From the NCBI GenBank assembly GCA_964106645.2, contig OZ067043.1: a stretch of 64,000 nucleotides of DNA; one strand, given 5' to 3'. The position numbers and the translations under genes were made by a program. Position 1 is the stretch's first letter. Each line of letters opens with the position of its first letter. Positions 11,801-23,800 of the stretch are shown piece by piece. The notes beneath the pieces were generated by a model. The model saw only the letters and a list, made by a program, of their open reading frames with translations, did no database searches and was not told where the DNA came from. Origin of the DNA: Podarcis pityusensis (taxonomy: Eukaryota).

Positions 11801-14800
11801 TCTGATTTGGAAGGCATCTAAGTAATATTGGGTTGGGTAGTGCCTTAAAGCCACAAGTTAAAGTTAGCATGAAAAAGTCACAAAAAGTTAGCAACTTTTC
11901 TCTTAGGAGCGTGCAGGTGTGAACACACACACAAACACACAAAATTATGTGAGGTCAGATTGGACCAGGAGCATTGCAAACTTTATTATACTGTGACATC
12001 TGAAACTGAAATTCTTTCCAGTAGAGTTGGCACCCTTAGGGTAGGGTTGAACATTTGTTAGATGCCCAAACAAACTTTGCACTTCTGCTTTTTATGCTTC
12101 TGATGTAGTGCCCCGAGTGGAGGTTGTGTTAGGAGAGAGGCACATTCCTCAGATGTGATTCTCACGTGTACATCTTCCCCCTGTGTTATGTTGAAAGCAG
12201 AAAAAGTAGATTATCAACTGGGAACACATCTGTGGCTGTTCATATCTTTAAGGAGATAGCATTGAGTAAAGGTGCAATTGCCCCAAGATTGAGGGGGCCC
12301 GCCACGTGTGACATCACACATGTAACGCATGTGCAATGTTGCATCATCTGGAGGAGTGCTCTGAAGGAACCGGCCACTAAAGCTGCGCCACGTTCGGCTG
12401 TGTGCTTAGCCTCCTCTGTCCCTTAAACATTGGAATAACAGATAAAACTAATGGAAGGAACTAGCGGCCCCCACTGTATCATTTGGGTGGCAGCAAAGAT
12501 GGGATGTGGGAAATAAAGCTTACATTTTGAAGATACATTTGACTTGTGATTGGGGCATAGAAGTGGGCAACTGGATTTCTTTCCTGTGAAATCATGGGTT
12601 TGTTTTACCTCAAAGTAATCCTGCTCGATGAAACAATCCTGCATGAGGGGGAGTATGTTGTGCAAGCCGTCTCATTCAGTCTGCTCTTTCCTTCTGCAGA
12701 CAGTGCAAATTCCAATTTACTCAGAACAGGAGTATCAGATGTACCTTCATGATGATGCTTGGACCAAAGCTGAAACAGACCACCTCTTTGACTTATCCAG
12801 ACGGTTCGATCTTCGCTTTGTGGTCATTCATGACCGTTATGACCACCAGCAGTTCAAAGTAAGTGCCTGTCAGCTAATACCGTCTACAGTGAAGTTGCCA
12901 TGGTGCAGTTTGTTGAATAAAACTTATTTCCAGTTTAAGGATCTGCAGACATGGACTATGCAGTGTGCTGGTTAAAATAATACATGCCTGTTAAGGGTTC
13001 CTGAATTCTCTTCCTGAAGTTTTGTGTGAAACATTATAAGCACCAGCTGCACTGGGTAAGAGACTTACAAAAGCAAGGAAAAAATGGGTTGTTAAGTTCT
13101 GAGAGGCATCTCAACAGTGTTTATTTGGAGGTGAGATAGCTAGGACAGAATAGGGATTCTGTTGGTGTACTACCCACCCTGTCACTCAACAGTCTCATTT
13201 CTAGCAGGAGTAGTCTTGGTGTTGGAGTCCTCTCAACTTGTTGTGCTGGAGAACTTCAACATTTGTGCTGATGCCTTGTCAGGACTGGCTCAGGTTTTCA
13301 TGGCTGCCATGACAACCATGAATCTGTCCTAAGTAATATCTGGCCCTACCCATGCTGCAGGGCACATTCTGGACTTGGTTTTCTGTGCTGGATTGGATTA
13401 TGGTGATCTTAGCATGGAGGAACTTTCTGTTAGTTCCACTGTCATGGTCAGATCACTCCTTGGTGGGGTTTAGACTCGCTGAAGCTCATAACCTTAGTGG
13501 GTGTGTGGGTGTGATTAAGATGTTCCACCCTAGAAAGCAAGGTATCTGGAGTGTGTGTTGGCATCTCAGATCATGGATGAGACAGATTATCTAGATCTAT
13601 TTCAATCTGGTTTCAGGCCTGGTTATGGGAGCGAGATGGCTTTGGTTGCCTTGGTGGATGACATGCCAGGAATTGGACAGGGGGAGTGTGTCCCTTTTGG
13701 TTCTGCTGGACTTTTCAGTGGCTTTCAATACCAACTTGGGATGCCTTGTTGGAATGCAGCTTGGAGCCACTGTTTTACAATGGCTTTGTTTCTTCTTGGA
13801 GGGGTGAACCTAGAAGGGGGAGCTGGAGGACTCCTGTTTGACACATTGGCTGTTGACCTTTGGGGTCTCTCAAGGTTGTGTTTTGTCCCCCATGCTCTTT
13901 AACATTTACATGAAACTGCTGGGAGAGGTTGTCTGGAGCGTTGAAGTTCAGTGTCACCAGTATGCTGTTGACACCCTGCTCTATTTCTCCTTTCCACCTA
14001 AATTCAAGGAAGTTGTCTTGATTCTAAACCAGTGTCTGTCATCAGTGATGGACTGGATGAGGGCGAACAAATAGAAACTTAATCCACACAAAACAGAGGT
14101 GCTCCTGGTCAGTCAAAAGGCTGTGCTGGATAGAGTTGTACTCTCCCTGTAGACACATGTTTGCAGTTTGGGTGTGCTCCTTTATTCAGCCCTGGGCCCT
14201 CTCTTTGGGAGCCTCTCTTATTCCAGCAAAGGAACAATCAGCAACCCACTTTAAGCTCCCAGTAGCTCCTTTGAATCCCCACCCTTACTTGCCCAAAACC
14301 TGACGTCATGTGCAAGGAGAAGAACTAAGTTGATTAAGCTAGAAAAAGAATTTTAGGGTTTCTACTGCTGGGTAACTGATTAAGTGAGGTGAGATGGAGA
14401 GTGTTAGTGAAGATGTTGCCATGGAATCAGGAGACATGGAACAGAGGATTTTGGAGAATGGCTATATTTTTAATAAAATTGTATTGGTGAGGGAAGATCC
14501 CAGAATATGCAGTCCTGTCTTGATTTGTGATTATTGAATGAAGAGCAACAAAGCCTTGTATGTAGCATGGGACCACGATATTGTGATAACTAAGCCCGGA
14601 TACTACTGCCCAGAGAACGATAAGTTATTGGATGCTTTGCAGATGCTGGAAATAAATAAAACTATTTCCTGTGATAGAGTTCACTCATTGGCGCTGATTA
14701 CAATCATTTTCCTAACATTTCTCTGATGCTTTGTTCATGTTGCATAACTTTAAGCTATTTTTTCATGGTGTTAGATTTCTTTAAGCTCAGTTGTATCCTT

Positions 14801-17800
14801 GTTCTCTCCTTAGAAGCGGTCAGTGGAAGATTTAAAGGAGCGCTACTATCACATCTGTGCCAAGCTGGCCAACATCCGTGCTACCCCAGGCACTGACTTG
14901 AAAATCCCCGTTTTTGATGCTGGCCATGAAAGGCGCCGGAAAGAACAGCTAGAGAGGCTATATAATCGGACACCAGAGCAGGTAATGTCAGGAAATGTTG
15001 CAAGGGAGCCTGGCTCACATTATCTTACACTGGACCTGTAGCAATAGCTTGTCATTTCTGGGTACTCCCCAGTGCCCTTCAGGGCTGCTAATGTGACTCC
15101 TGTTGGAGGTAGTAGTAGGTGCACCTGCCATCCTTTAAGCGTGATTTATCAAGTAATGGGCATACACATATTAAGTGATCAATGTGAATAATGGAATAAC
15201 TACTAGAAAACAAAGTGTGTTAAAATATGTTTTATTTGAGTTTTGTCTGAGAAGGATAGAAGCATAGTGCTGATTACGCTTGTCAAGTTCTATCTCTGGA
15301 TTTCAGACAATGCATTTAGCATATTTTTCTTTTCAGTAATGCAGTGGTATCCACACTTTTTTCAAAGAGGGCCAGATTTGATGAAGTGAAGGGCTGTGAG
15401 GGCCAACCAAAGTTGTTGACCTTTTTTTAGGATTGAAGTTGTTGAGCGGATTAGGTCCCCGAAACTACTGTATGGGTACTTGCATTACCTGGAGAAAAAC
15501 AGTTGCTTTCATGAAACACCCTGGACACGCCATCATTTTGTAGCTTGTAGTTTGTCTTTTGTAGCTCGTAGTTTGGTGGTGAAGGAGCTGGCAGCAACTG
15601 CCTGATCTGGTATTGGCTGAGAATGTTAATAAACATTCATATTTCTGAGGAAATGAAACAAAGCGAAAGGTAGGTTTGACTGTGTTAAACACACTCAGAA
15701 AGCTCTGTGAGCAGGAGTATCTGTGAGGGTATAGCAAGGGCAGCCTGTGTGCTGAAAATGGGGGAAGGGGTCAAGAAAGGAAAGGCATGGACTTGTAAAT
15801 TATGTGTGGTGGAAGAAAGTGAGACTGTGAAGAGCCCTTATATAGGCAGGAGATGCAAAAAGAGAGACAATGAGATAGTGACATTAACAACGTAGAATCT
15901 ATATACTATAGCCTGCTATATACATAGTGAGAGCTTTGGAATCTGATTGGCTGTGGAATCTAGTGTTTCACGGCTTCATGAGCCTTTAAAAATTGCTTGG
16001 GTGAGAACATTGTACTATTTGTTGCTGCTTTTGTCTCTCTAGTAGTATATTACTTGGCTCCCAGAAGACCACAGGGCAGGTGAAACCCAGGCCAGAAGCA
16101 CATCTGTTGCCATTAAGTGGCCCCTTTGGATTGCTTTTCCAGTCATGTTTCCGTTTCACCTGTAGGTGGCAGAGGAGGAATATCTAATCCAGGAGCTGCG
16201 GAAAATCGAAGCCAGGAAGAAAGAGAGGGAGAAGCGAACACAAGACTTGCAGAAACTCATCACCGCCGCTGACACCACCACTGAACAAAGACGTGCAGAG
16301 CGCAAGGCACCCAAGAAGAAGCTGCCACAGAAGAAAGAGACGGAGAAGCCTGTAAATATCTTGTGCCTGCCCTCTTTGTTAGGGTCTACCTTGCCATTTG
16401 TCTGCCACGGCCTGGGGCAGGGAGTGAGGGGTGGTTTGTCGGTCCTCGCCATATAAGCATTGTTTCTGTGTTTTTGTTTGTTTCTTTTTAGACCCTCATA
16501 TCTCTTGGGGTGTGGAGAAAAGTTGGGTTTCAATCATAGCAAGCTGCAGAGGGATTTTGGTTAAGCTGGAAGGACTTGAAAGTGCTGCACTAGGAAGGAG
16601 AGAAACTGGACTCATGCAAAGCCCTCTCAGAGAGCAAGCAGTTCAGTGGTTAGTGAATACACAGCAAGGAACTTGCTCTTCTTTGTGCCATGCAGCATAG
16701 CAACACAAGGGGAGATTAGGGAAATTTGAAAGAAGCACATTTTCCAGCTGATTTCTTCTAAAAAATTACAATTACAGGATGAGGTAGTGGTCAGACTCCC
16801 TTCTCGGGTTTCCCAGAGCTTCTGGTTCTGGCATAATTGACAGGCTTGCAGAGGAATTGAAGCTCTTCCAATCTAGGGTTAAGCCAATATTTTTGAAATG
16901 TTAAAGAGAATGATCTTTAGTTGATGTTCCTGCCCTCACCTTATTGACATTCATTTATTTATAAAGAAAAAATTATATACCACCCATACACAGAACACCA
17001 AGGTGGTGTACAAAAAATACCAATGTAAATGCAATGCCTCTTTGCCTCTACCTTTCCTATGTTCAGTTGTGAACTTCTCACTCATTCTATGAAATATTAG
17101 ACCACAATATGATTTACATGTTGTGAGTGGTGGAACAACGGAATGTCTTAATAATATATGAAATGTCTAGCACTGTGTTTTATTTAGAATACACTGTGGA
17201 ATTACCACATTGACGCCATGCAGTTTCTGGGGAAAGGACTCTGCCTTTCAGATGGCTCTAAGGAGGGAGATGAGTAGGAAGAAGCCACTACATACTTAAA
17301 AAAAAAAAAAAAAAAAAAGTGTGCACCACTTTGTGTCACTACAGGCTTACTGCTTGTTAGGACTGCTCTACTGACTTGGGTTGGGCTGCCCTGAAGGTTT
17401 GTGGTTTCAGTTTCCCTTTGCCTCTTAGTCAGCCAGATTGTTCCATGCCATGCAGCATGTGGAATCAAATAGCCACTCAAAATGCTTGAGGCGTGTTTGG
17501 CTGTCTCCCCCAGTATTGCCTGGGGCCCTTGTGCCTGCCTATAGGTAAGCACCTCAGGGCTCCTGAAGGCAGCTTCTGTTGTTGCACTAGTGCTGTTTCA
17601 ACCATGACAGAGTCCATTAGGAGTCAATTACCAACTGTAGCAGGGAAACGTGTGTGTGTTTTTTTGAAAAAAAAATGCATTTTAACTAAGAATTTGAATT
17701 GAGGGCTGTATCAGCATCATCTCAACAAAGGGAAGTCATTTACCAAAGAGTCAATTGAGGTTGAAGCATTTACAGCTCATGCTGGCGTGTGAGGGATAGC

Positions 17801-20800
17801 AACCTGTTTAATTGCTCTGATGTGAGGTGAAGACAGACTGTGCAGTGTGGGAGGGAGTTAGTGTGTCCCTCATTTTCATTAGGGATTAGGCGGATAATTG
17901 TCAAGGGGAGATGGCAGGGGCATGCCCAAAACTGCTCCAGGATTCTCTTGAACAGAATAACATGGAGAAGTTTGGTTGCATCAGTGCCTTTAGTATGGAG
18001 CGGAGTCTGCCGGTCCCAGCATGCATTGCTGCGGTCAGTGTAGAGTTTATCTGTACCCCCTCCTGCTGCCATCACGGTAGTCCATCTTTCTTGCTTTGGC
18101 TTCAGGTCACCCTAGGCACTAGGTTCAATTTATTAACTAGGGACTGCAATAAAGTGTTCTTTAATACTGTGTGTGTCAGGCTAAAGAGCCCCCACAACAG
18201 ATTTTGACTCTTTAGTGAAGGGCCAAATGATAAAGGGAATTTGTCATATTATCTTCCCTCCGGTGTCCCGAAGGGATAGAATAACTAATTTGTTGTAATC
18301 AACACAGTTTCCTGGGCTGTGAATGGGGGCTTTCCTTTGTTTGCAACGTGGGAAATCAAATGGCATAGCTTCAACAGGTTAGGTCTTGGCCAAACACAAG
18401 TAAGAAAGTTTGCTGCTAAATGACGGGAGATAATTCCCTGCTCAGCGAATTATCTTAGTGATTATTGTACTAGTCATCAGTATTTCCTTGGGTTCACAGA
18501 ATATATCAGTTGTCTCATGGATGATCCATGGTATATCTCTTTACAATATTGAAATTTCTGGGTGGAAAGGCTTTTTATTATTATTAATAGAAGATGTTCA
18601 ATAAAATGATGTGTTGGACTGGTGACAATTTTTCTTTTGAGAAGCATATATGTATCCAAACATATATGTATCCAACTCAGCCCGTCTTCTGACTTCCAGT
18701 CAGCTTTAACAGCTTCCTAGGATTACTATAGCTCCCTTTTAATTAAGCAAGACCCACGTTATTTGGAGGCAAAGATAGAGGGATCTGCAATAGAGCTTAT
18801 TATGTTGGGTTTCTTTCTTCCTCTGCTGAGGATATGCACACACGCTTTTAAAATTATAGCTTAATTGTCCAAGAATTTATTGTATTGAAGCATTTCTGAA
18901 TCTGCAGTGTTTAAACAGCGGATAAATTACATGCTTAGCTTGTAATGGGAAAATATTTGGCTAGAAGAGAAAGACATTATTCCTGGTGAAAAATGCAAGG
19001 CACTATGAGATGGGTATATTTCCCCACAGCATGAAGTTCATGCAGGGAACAAATGGCTAGAACAAGAATAGTAAAGTTGTTTAGTACAAATGGTACAGAA
19101 GTTAAATAGTTAATGGAAAGTGATACTAATCTTGGTTTATTGGCCGTAAACATGGAACAGAAAACATGCAATGATCAGGTGGGGAAAGTTTAAAGATATT
19201 CTTAAACAAATCTTAGATTCTCAAGATTTTGAGAAGTCATAATTTTGCATTTCAGAGTTGCACTCCAAAATATATCCATACTTGGGACCATGCAGGGTTT
19301 TAAAACCTGCCTTGTATCCAGGTTTGTAGTTATACTAGCGTGTTGTGAGTTCTACAGGTCAAGACTATAAGGTTGCATTCAGTGTAGTGTTAAGGTGACT
19401 GTTCTGTCAGTTCAAGGGTTTCCTTTGCTCAGCTGAATGTTCTTTTCTCTCCTCATGTGTCCCCAAATCTGTTCTGGGGGTTCCCCCAACCCTCTGGTTC
19501 AGATCTGGATCACAGGGAGGAGGAAGGGAGAAATCCCATTGTGCTGGAGCTAATCCTTGTGCTTCTGCAAGAATTTAATTGACTATTGCTATAATGCTTT
19601 AGGGCTGGGGGCCAGAAGGCATACCCTCCAATATTCCGCATGAAAATAGGGACATTCTATGCTTTAGAAATGTCCCTATCTTCAGACTGTTCAGGTAGCA
19701 ATGGGCATTCTACTTTATGCAGCATAGTAAAAAGATTGAGGCTAAAATAATTCAGAATGGATCAAAGCAAACAGATTTTAAACCAGTGAGCAAATCAGTG
19801 TGGTGGTTGACTAACTTTGTGTAAAATGATTCATGAAAGTAATTTTATCTATTGGAGTCTGTTTTCAGGAATTGGGTAAAACAAAGATGTAGAAGTTAAT
19901 TGAGGTTTTGGAGACCTAGGAAACCTGAATAGCATTCTTACAGTCCTAGCTAGTGTGAGGCCCTGTAGATTTTAGCCTAGTAGAATCTTTCTGGTTCATC
20001 CAGAAGAGACTGCTGTTAGGGTAGTGCTGCTTTTAAGGACAATGTCACATGTTATGTCAGTATAGTTTGTGCTATTTTGTTTCGCCTAGCGCTATGAAAC
20101 CCTTTCCATGTCCCACTGGTTGTTTTAGATGCAATTTGCCTCCATAATTTTTAGTACGTTCCTAGTACGGCTAGATTTGTACCAGCAGACATTGTTGATA
20201 TCTTAACATATCAAAGCCACCTTTGACAATTTAAAAGGCATTAAAATTAATGGGTGCAGTTCTCAAAATCCATAGTTTCCCCCAGTCTTGCTTAGCAGGG
20301 CCTTCTTAGTGCAGACATTGACAGCTGCCTCTCTGTCAGAGAGTGGTCCTTGTACATCCTTTTGCATTTCCTTTTCTAAACATATGCTGTCTCTTTCTCT
20401 TTTAGGCTGTTCCAGAGACTGCTGGCATCAAGTTTCCGGACTTCAAGTCTGCAGGTGTCACACTGCGGAGTCAGAGGGTAGGCTACTATGTTGGTCGTTG
20501 GAGCCCTGTGTGGATGCTTGATTGCTTTCATTTCCTATTTATTCTCCTTTAAAAGCTGTTAAAGGTCCATTGGAGTCTGGGCTGTAATATCAATGTGGGT
20601 TCTGGCTGGTCTCAGAAATAATAGCTGTGTGTTTGCACTAGAGGCCCACTAGAGGTGCCAGTTGTGCATGGCTGAACTTGCTTCTTTGCTCCTTAAGCCT
20701 CAACTGTTCTGACTATGTCTCTGTGCTCTTATGCTTCCATCTGAGGTCAGGTTATCATTCCTGATAATGGGACCCCAGCAGAATATGTAGCCAGGAGAAG

Positions 20801-23800
20801 AGTCCTGGGAAAATCATTGGGAAATGGGTCACAAGCTAGCTCTGTCTTCTGCAAACTGCACTGTTCCCACGAGTAGTTTTAAAATAAAAATTAGACATCT
20901 GGATTTTGCAGCATTCTTCATGAGAAGAAGCAGTTGGGACATGGAACTAACTTTCTGCCTCTTTTGAAGTTAATCAGAGGGCATTTTTAATATTACAATG
21001 TTAACTTGGCAAATAACTTTCTGTTTCCCCATTCTGTTGCTACTCCCCCCCCCCCCCATTTACATAATGGTTCTTTTTCATAAATGATAAACAAGGCAAA
21101 GGTGTTAGGTGCAGCTTAGACCCACTGCCCAGCAGTCTCCCTGCCTGAGCTGACAGAGCTGGTCTCAGAGCCTGTGTTGAGGACTCCCAGACTGCTGGTT
21201 CTGGGGGACTTCAACATCCATGCTGAAGTAACTGGCTCTGGGGTGGCTCAGGGCTTCACGGCCACCATGACACCTTTTCCCCTCTGCAGAGGCAGGGGAT
21301 CTCTTAGGATGGTCCACCCTCAGAGGCTGATGGATCCAATGGGTTTCCAGTCAGCGCTGGGGTATTTCCCAGCTGATATGACTGGTGCTCTTGTCAAAGC
21401 CTCGGCCGACCTCTGGAACATCTGAATGGCAAAATCATCTGCATCTGCTGGTGGGATCTTGAGTTCACGAGTACAACATATGAATTTCAAAGGGTATCCT
21501 GAGCACTGTCTAGACCTGTTGTGTTTGGAAGGCTTGATATAGACAAGGTGCTTGGATTGGTCAGGGTGACCATTTGCGCTCTGGACTCTTGCTCCCCTTG
21601 GCTGATAAAAACTAACAGGGAGGGGACAGCTGGCTGGGCCAGGCAGGTGATTACTGCCTCCTTGCGAGATGAGGTGGTCCCTGCCTGCTTGAAGGAGGCA
21701 ATAGTGAAATCATTCCTCAAGAAACCTTCCCTGGATTCAGAAAATCTAAGTAACTACCGGCCAGTTGTCAAGCTCCCCTCCTTGGTCAAGGTTCTTGAGC
21801 AAGTGGTTGTAGATCAGATCCCTTCCTTGTTACTGAGCAAGCTAATCACTGATGGCGTTGTCAGGGTTGTGGCTTTGCTGTATGACATGTCTCAGAACTC
21901 CTAATACAGTAGGAAGAGCGAATTGGCATATATGAGAAATCTGTTGCTGACAGTAGGTTAATTGGTGTAACTTTGGGATATGCCTTGGAATGCTACTTGG
22001 AGCAGCAGCAGGGAGGTGAGTGGCTATCGCTTGGTTCAGCCTTAATAACAAACCATGGTTTGTTTGCTTTGAGCATGAGCCTTGGGTTTACATGGTCTTC
22101 CCACTTCTTTTCAAGTGAGGAGAGGAGATTGAAAGCAATTTCTTGTTTTGTCCAAACCTGAGGAAACTGAAGTTTCTCCACTTTCAAAAAGAAAAAAAGG
22201 AAAGATGGGAGAGTGCATGAGACTTTCATTTGAAACAACTGTCTGAATCAGGCCAAAGCATTGAAGTGAAATGTTCTGGCAAGGTCACCAGGTTTTCCAC
22301 AGTCTTCATCATACTCCAGCATGGACAGGGACTTTGGCTTATTAGGCAGGCCTGGGTTTAGTTTTGCAGAGATCCTAGACCAGGGGTCGGCAACCCGCGG
22401 CTCCGGAGCCGCATGTGGCTCTTTTACACCTTTGTCGCGGCTCTGGGGCGGATACTAGCGAGGGGAGGAGGCGCATTGTTCGCCCCGACACTCCCCACTG
22501 TGGAGGGTGCTGTACTGGCTGTGACGTCGCATGGGGGCGGTGCGTGCGTTAGTCATGCACCGTCCTGACGTCACCTTCCCGCCCACCTGCCCGCTACATT
22601 GTAAGGGGCATGTACGCTGGTCACTGCATTGAAAGGGGGCATGTACGCTGGTCACTGTTTTGAAGGGTAGTGAAGAACACACACACACAAAAAGGTAACT
22701 TGTTAATTTAACGTTTATTTCTATGAGGAGGAGTAATTCTGAGGGGTCAAACAAAGAAATAATAAAAAAGTGACAAAAAAGTTATTTTTATAATGACGAG
22801 TTTTGCGGCTCCCAGTTTTTTTTTCTTCGGAAACGGGTCCAAGTGGCTCTTTTTGTCTTAAAGGTTGCAGACCCCTGTCCTAGACTATTACTTATTTTAG
22901 TCCCTCCTTCTGAACTCAAATCTGTACCATCTTTATCAGCTTCGTTTTATACTCAACATAGTAAGCAAGATTTTATATTTTTGTTTATTTTCATGCAACT
23001 ATAAAACTAAAGATTAAAAAACCCATCCACCAGCAAGGATTTCTCATGTTCTATATTATTAGAAGTACTCCATTAACAGAGTTTGTCTTTTGCCCAGGAC
23101 CATTTCCCCCTCTTCAAAGATCTTGAGATGCCTAAAATTTAAGACCATAGTCATATGCCAAGACTGGTCGTTGGTAAATCTAGCTCCATTACTGGGATAT
23201 GTTGGCATTAAATATCAACATTGTTTTGGCTAGGGAATCACTGGGTGAAAAGATATTGGGTGATGAGACTTGACCTTTGACCACTCATTTAACCTTGTCT
23301 GAGGTCCCAGTTCTTGCATTAGGAGTGTAGCCCCGCTGCCATTGCTTTGTAATTGGATCCTTTGCTTCGCTGGCAAGATTCACAGGGCAGAACTGCATAG
23401 AATGGGGGGATAAAATGCTAAGTTAACATCAGTGCACTAGTGCCCAGCCGTTCCTGCAGCCATGCTATATCCATAATCTCTTAATTGGGCCTCTGTCTTC
23501 AAGGGTTAATAGTTTTCTCTATGCTACTGGCACTCATGGAGCCTGGAGGCTTTACCAATATTTGTGTGGCATTTCCAAAGCTTCTGCAAGTGATTGTGAT
23601 TCTAAGTGTTGGCCTGGATTGGGAAAAGCTGGCTTTATTGGGCTGTTATTTCTGCCAGTATGTGCTTTGGTGCCAGCACTCCCACCTCTGTTTTTGATTG
23701 ACAAGGTTTGGAGATGGTGTGCAGTGTGACATACGCAAAGGTGAGCAGACATGGAAGCCCTGGGGAGCAATTGGGAGAGGATTTGTTAACTGCCTGGATT

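Noticed and set aside
16156-16533. Minus-strand 125-aa ORF (similarly 11248..11598 and 36228..36425)
   Set aside because: Antisense shadows of DMAP1 coding exons.
23706-23740. Possible 35-nt cassette exon with AAG|GTGAGC donor
   Set aside because: Weak AAG acceptor with an interrupted pyrimidine tract and no other support.
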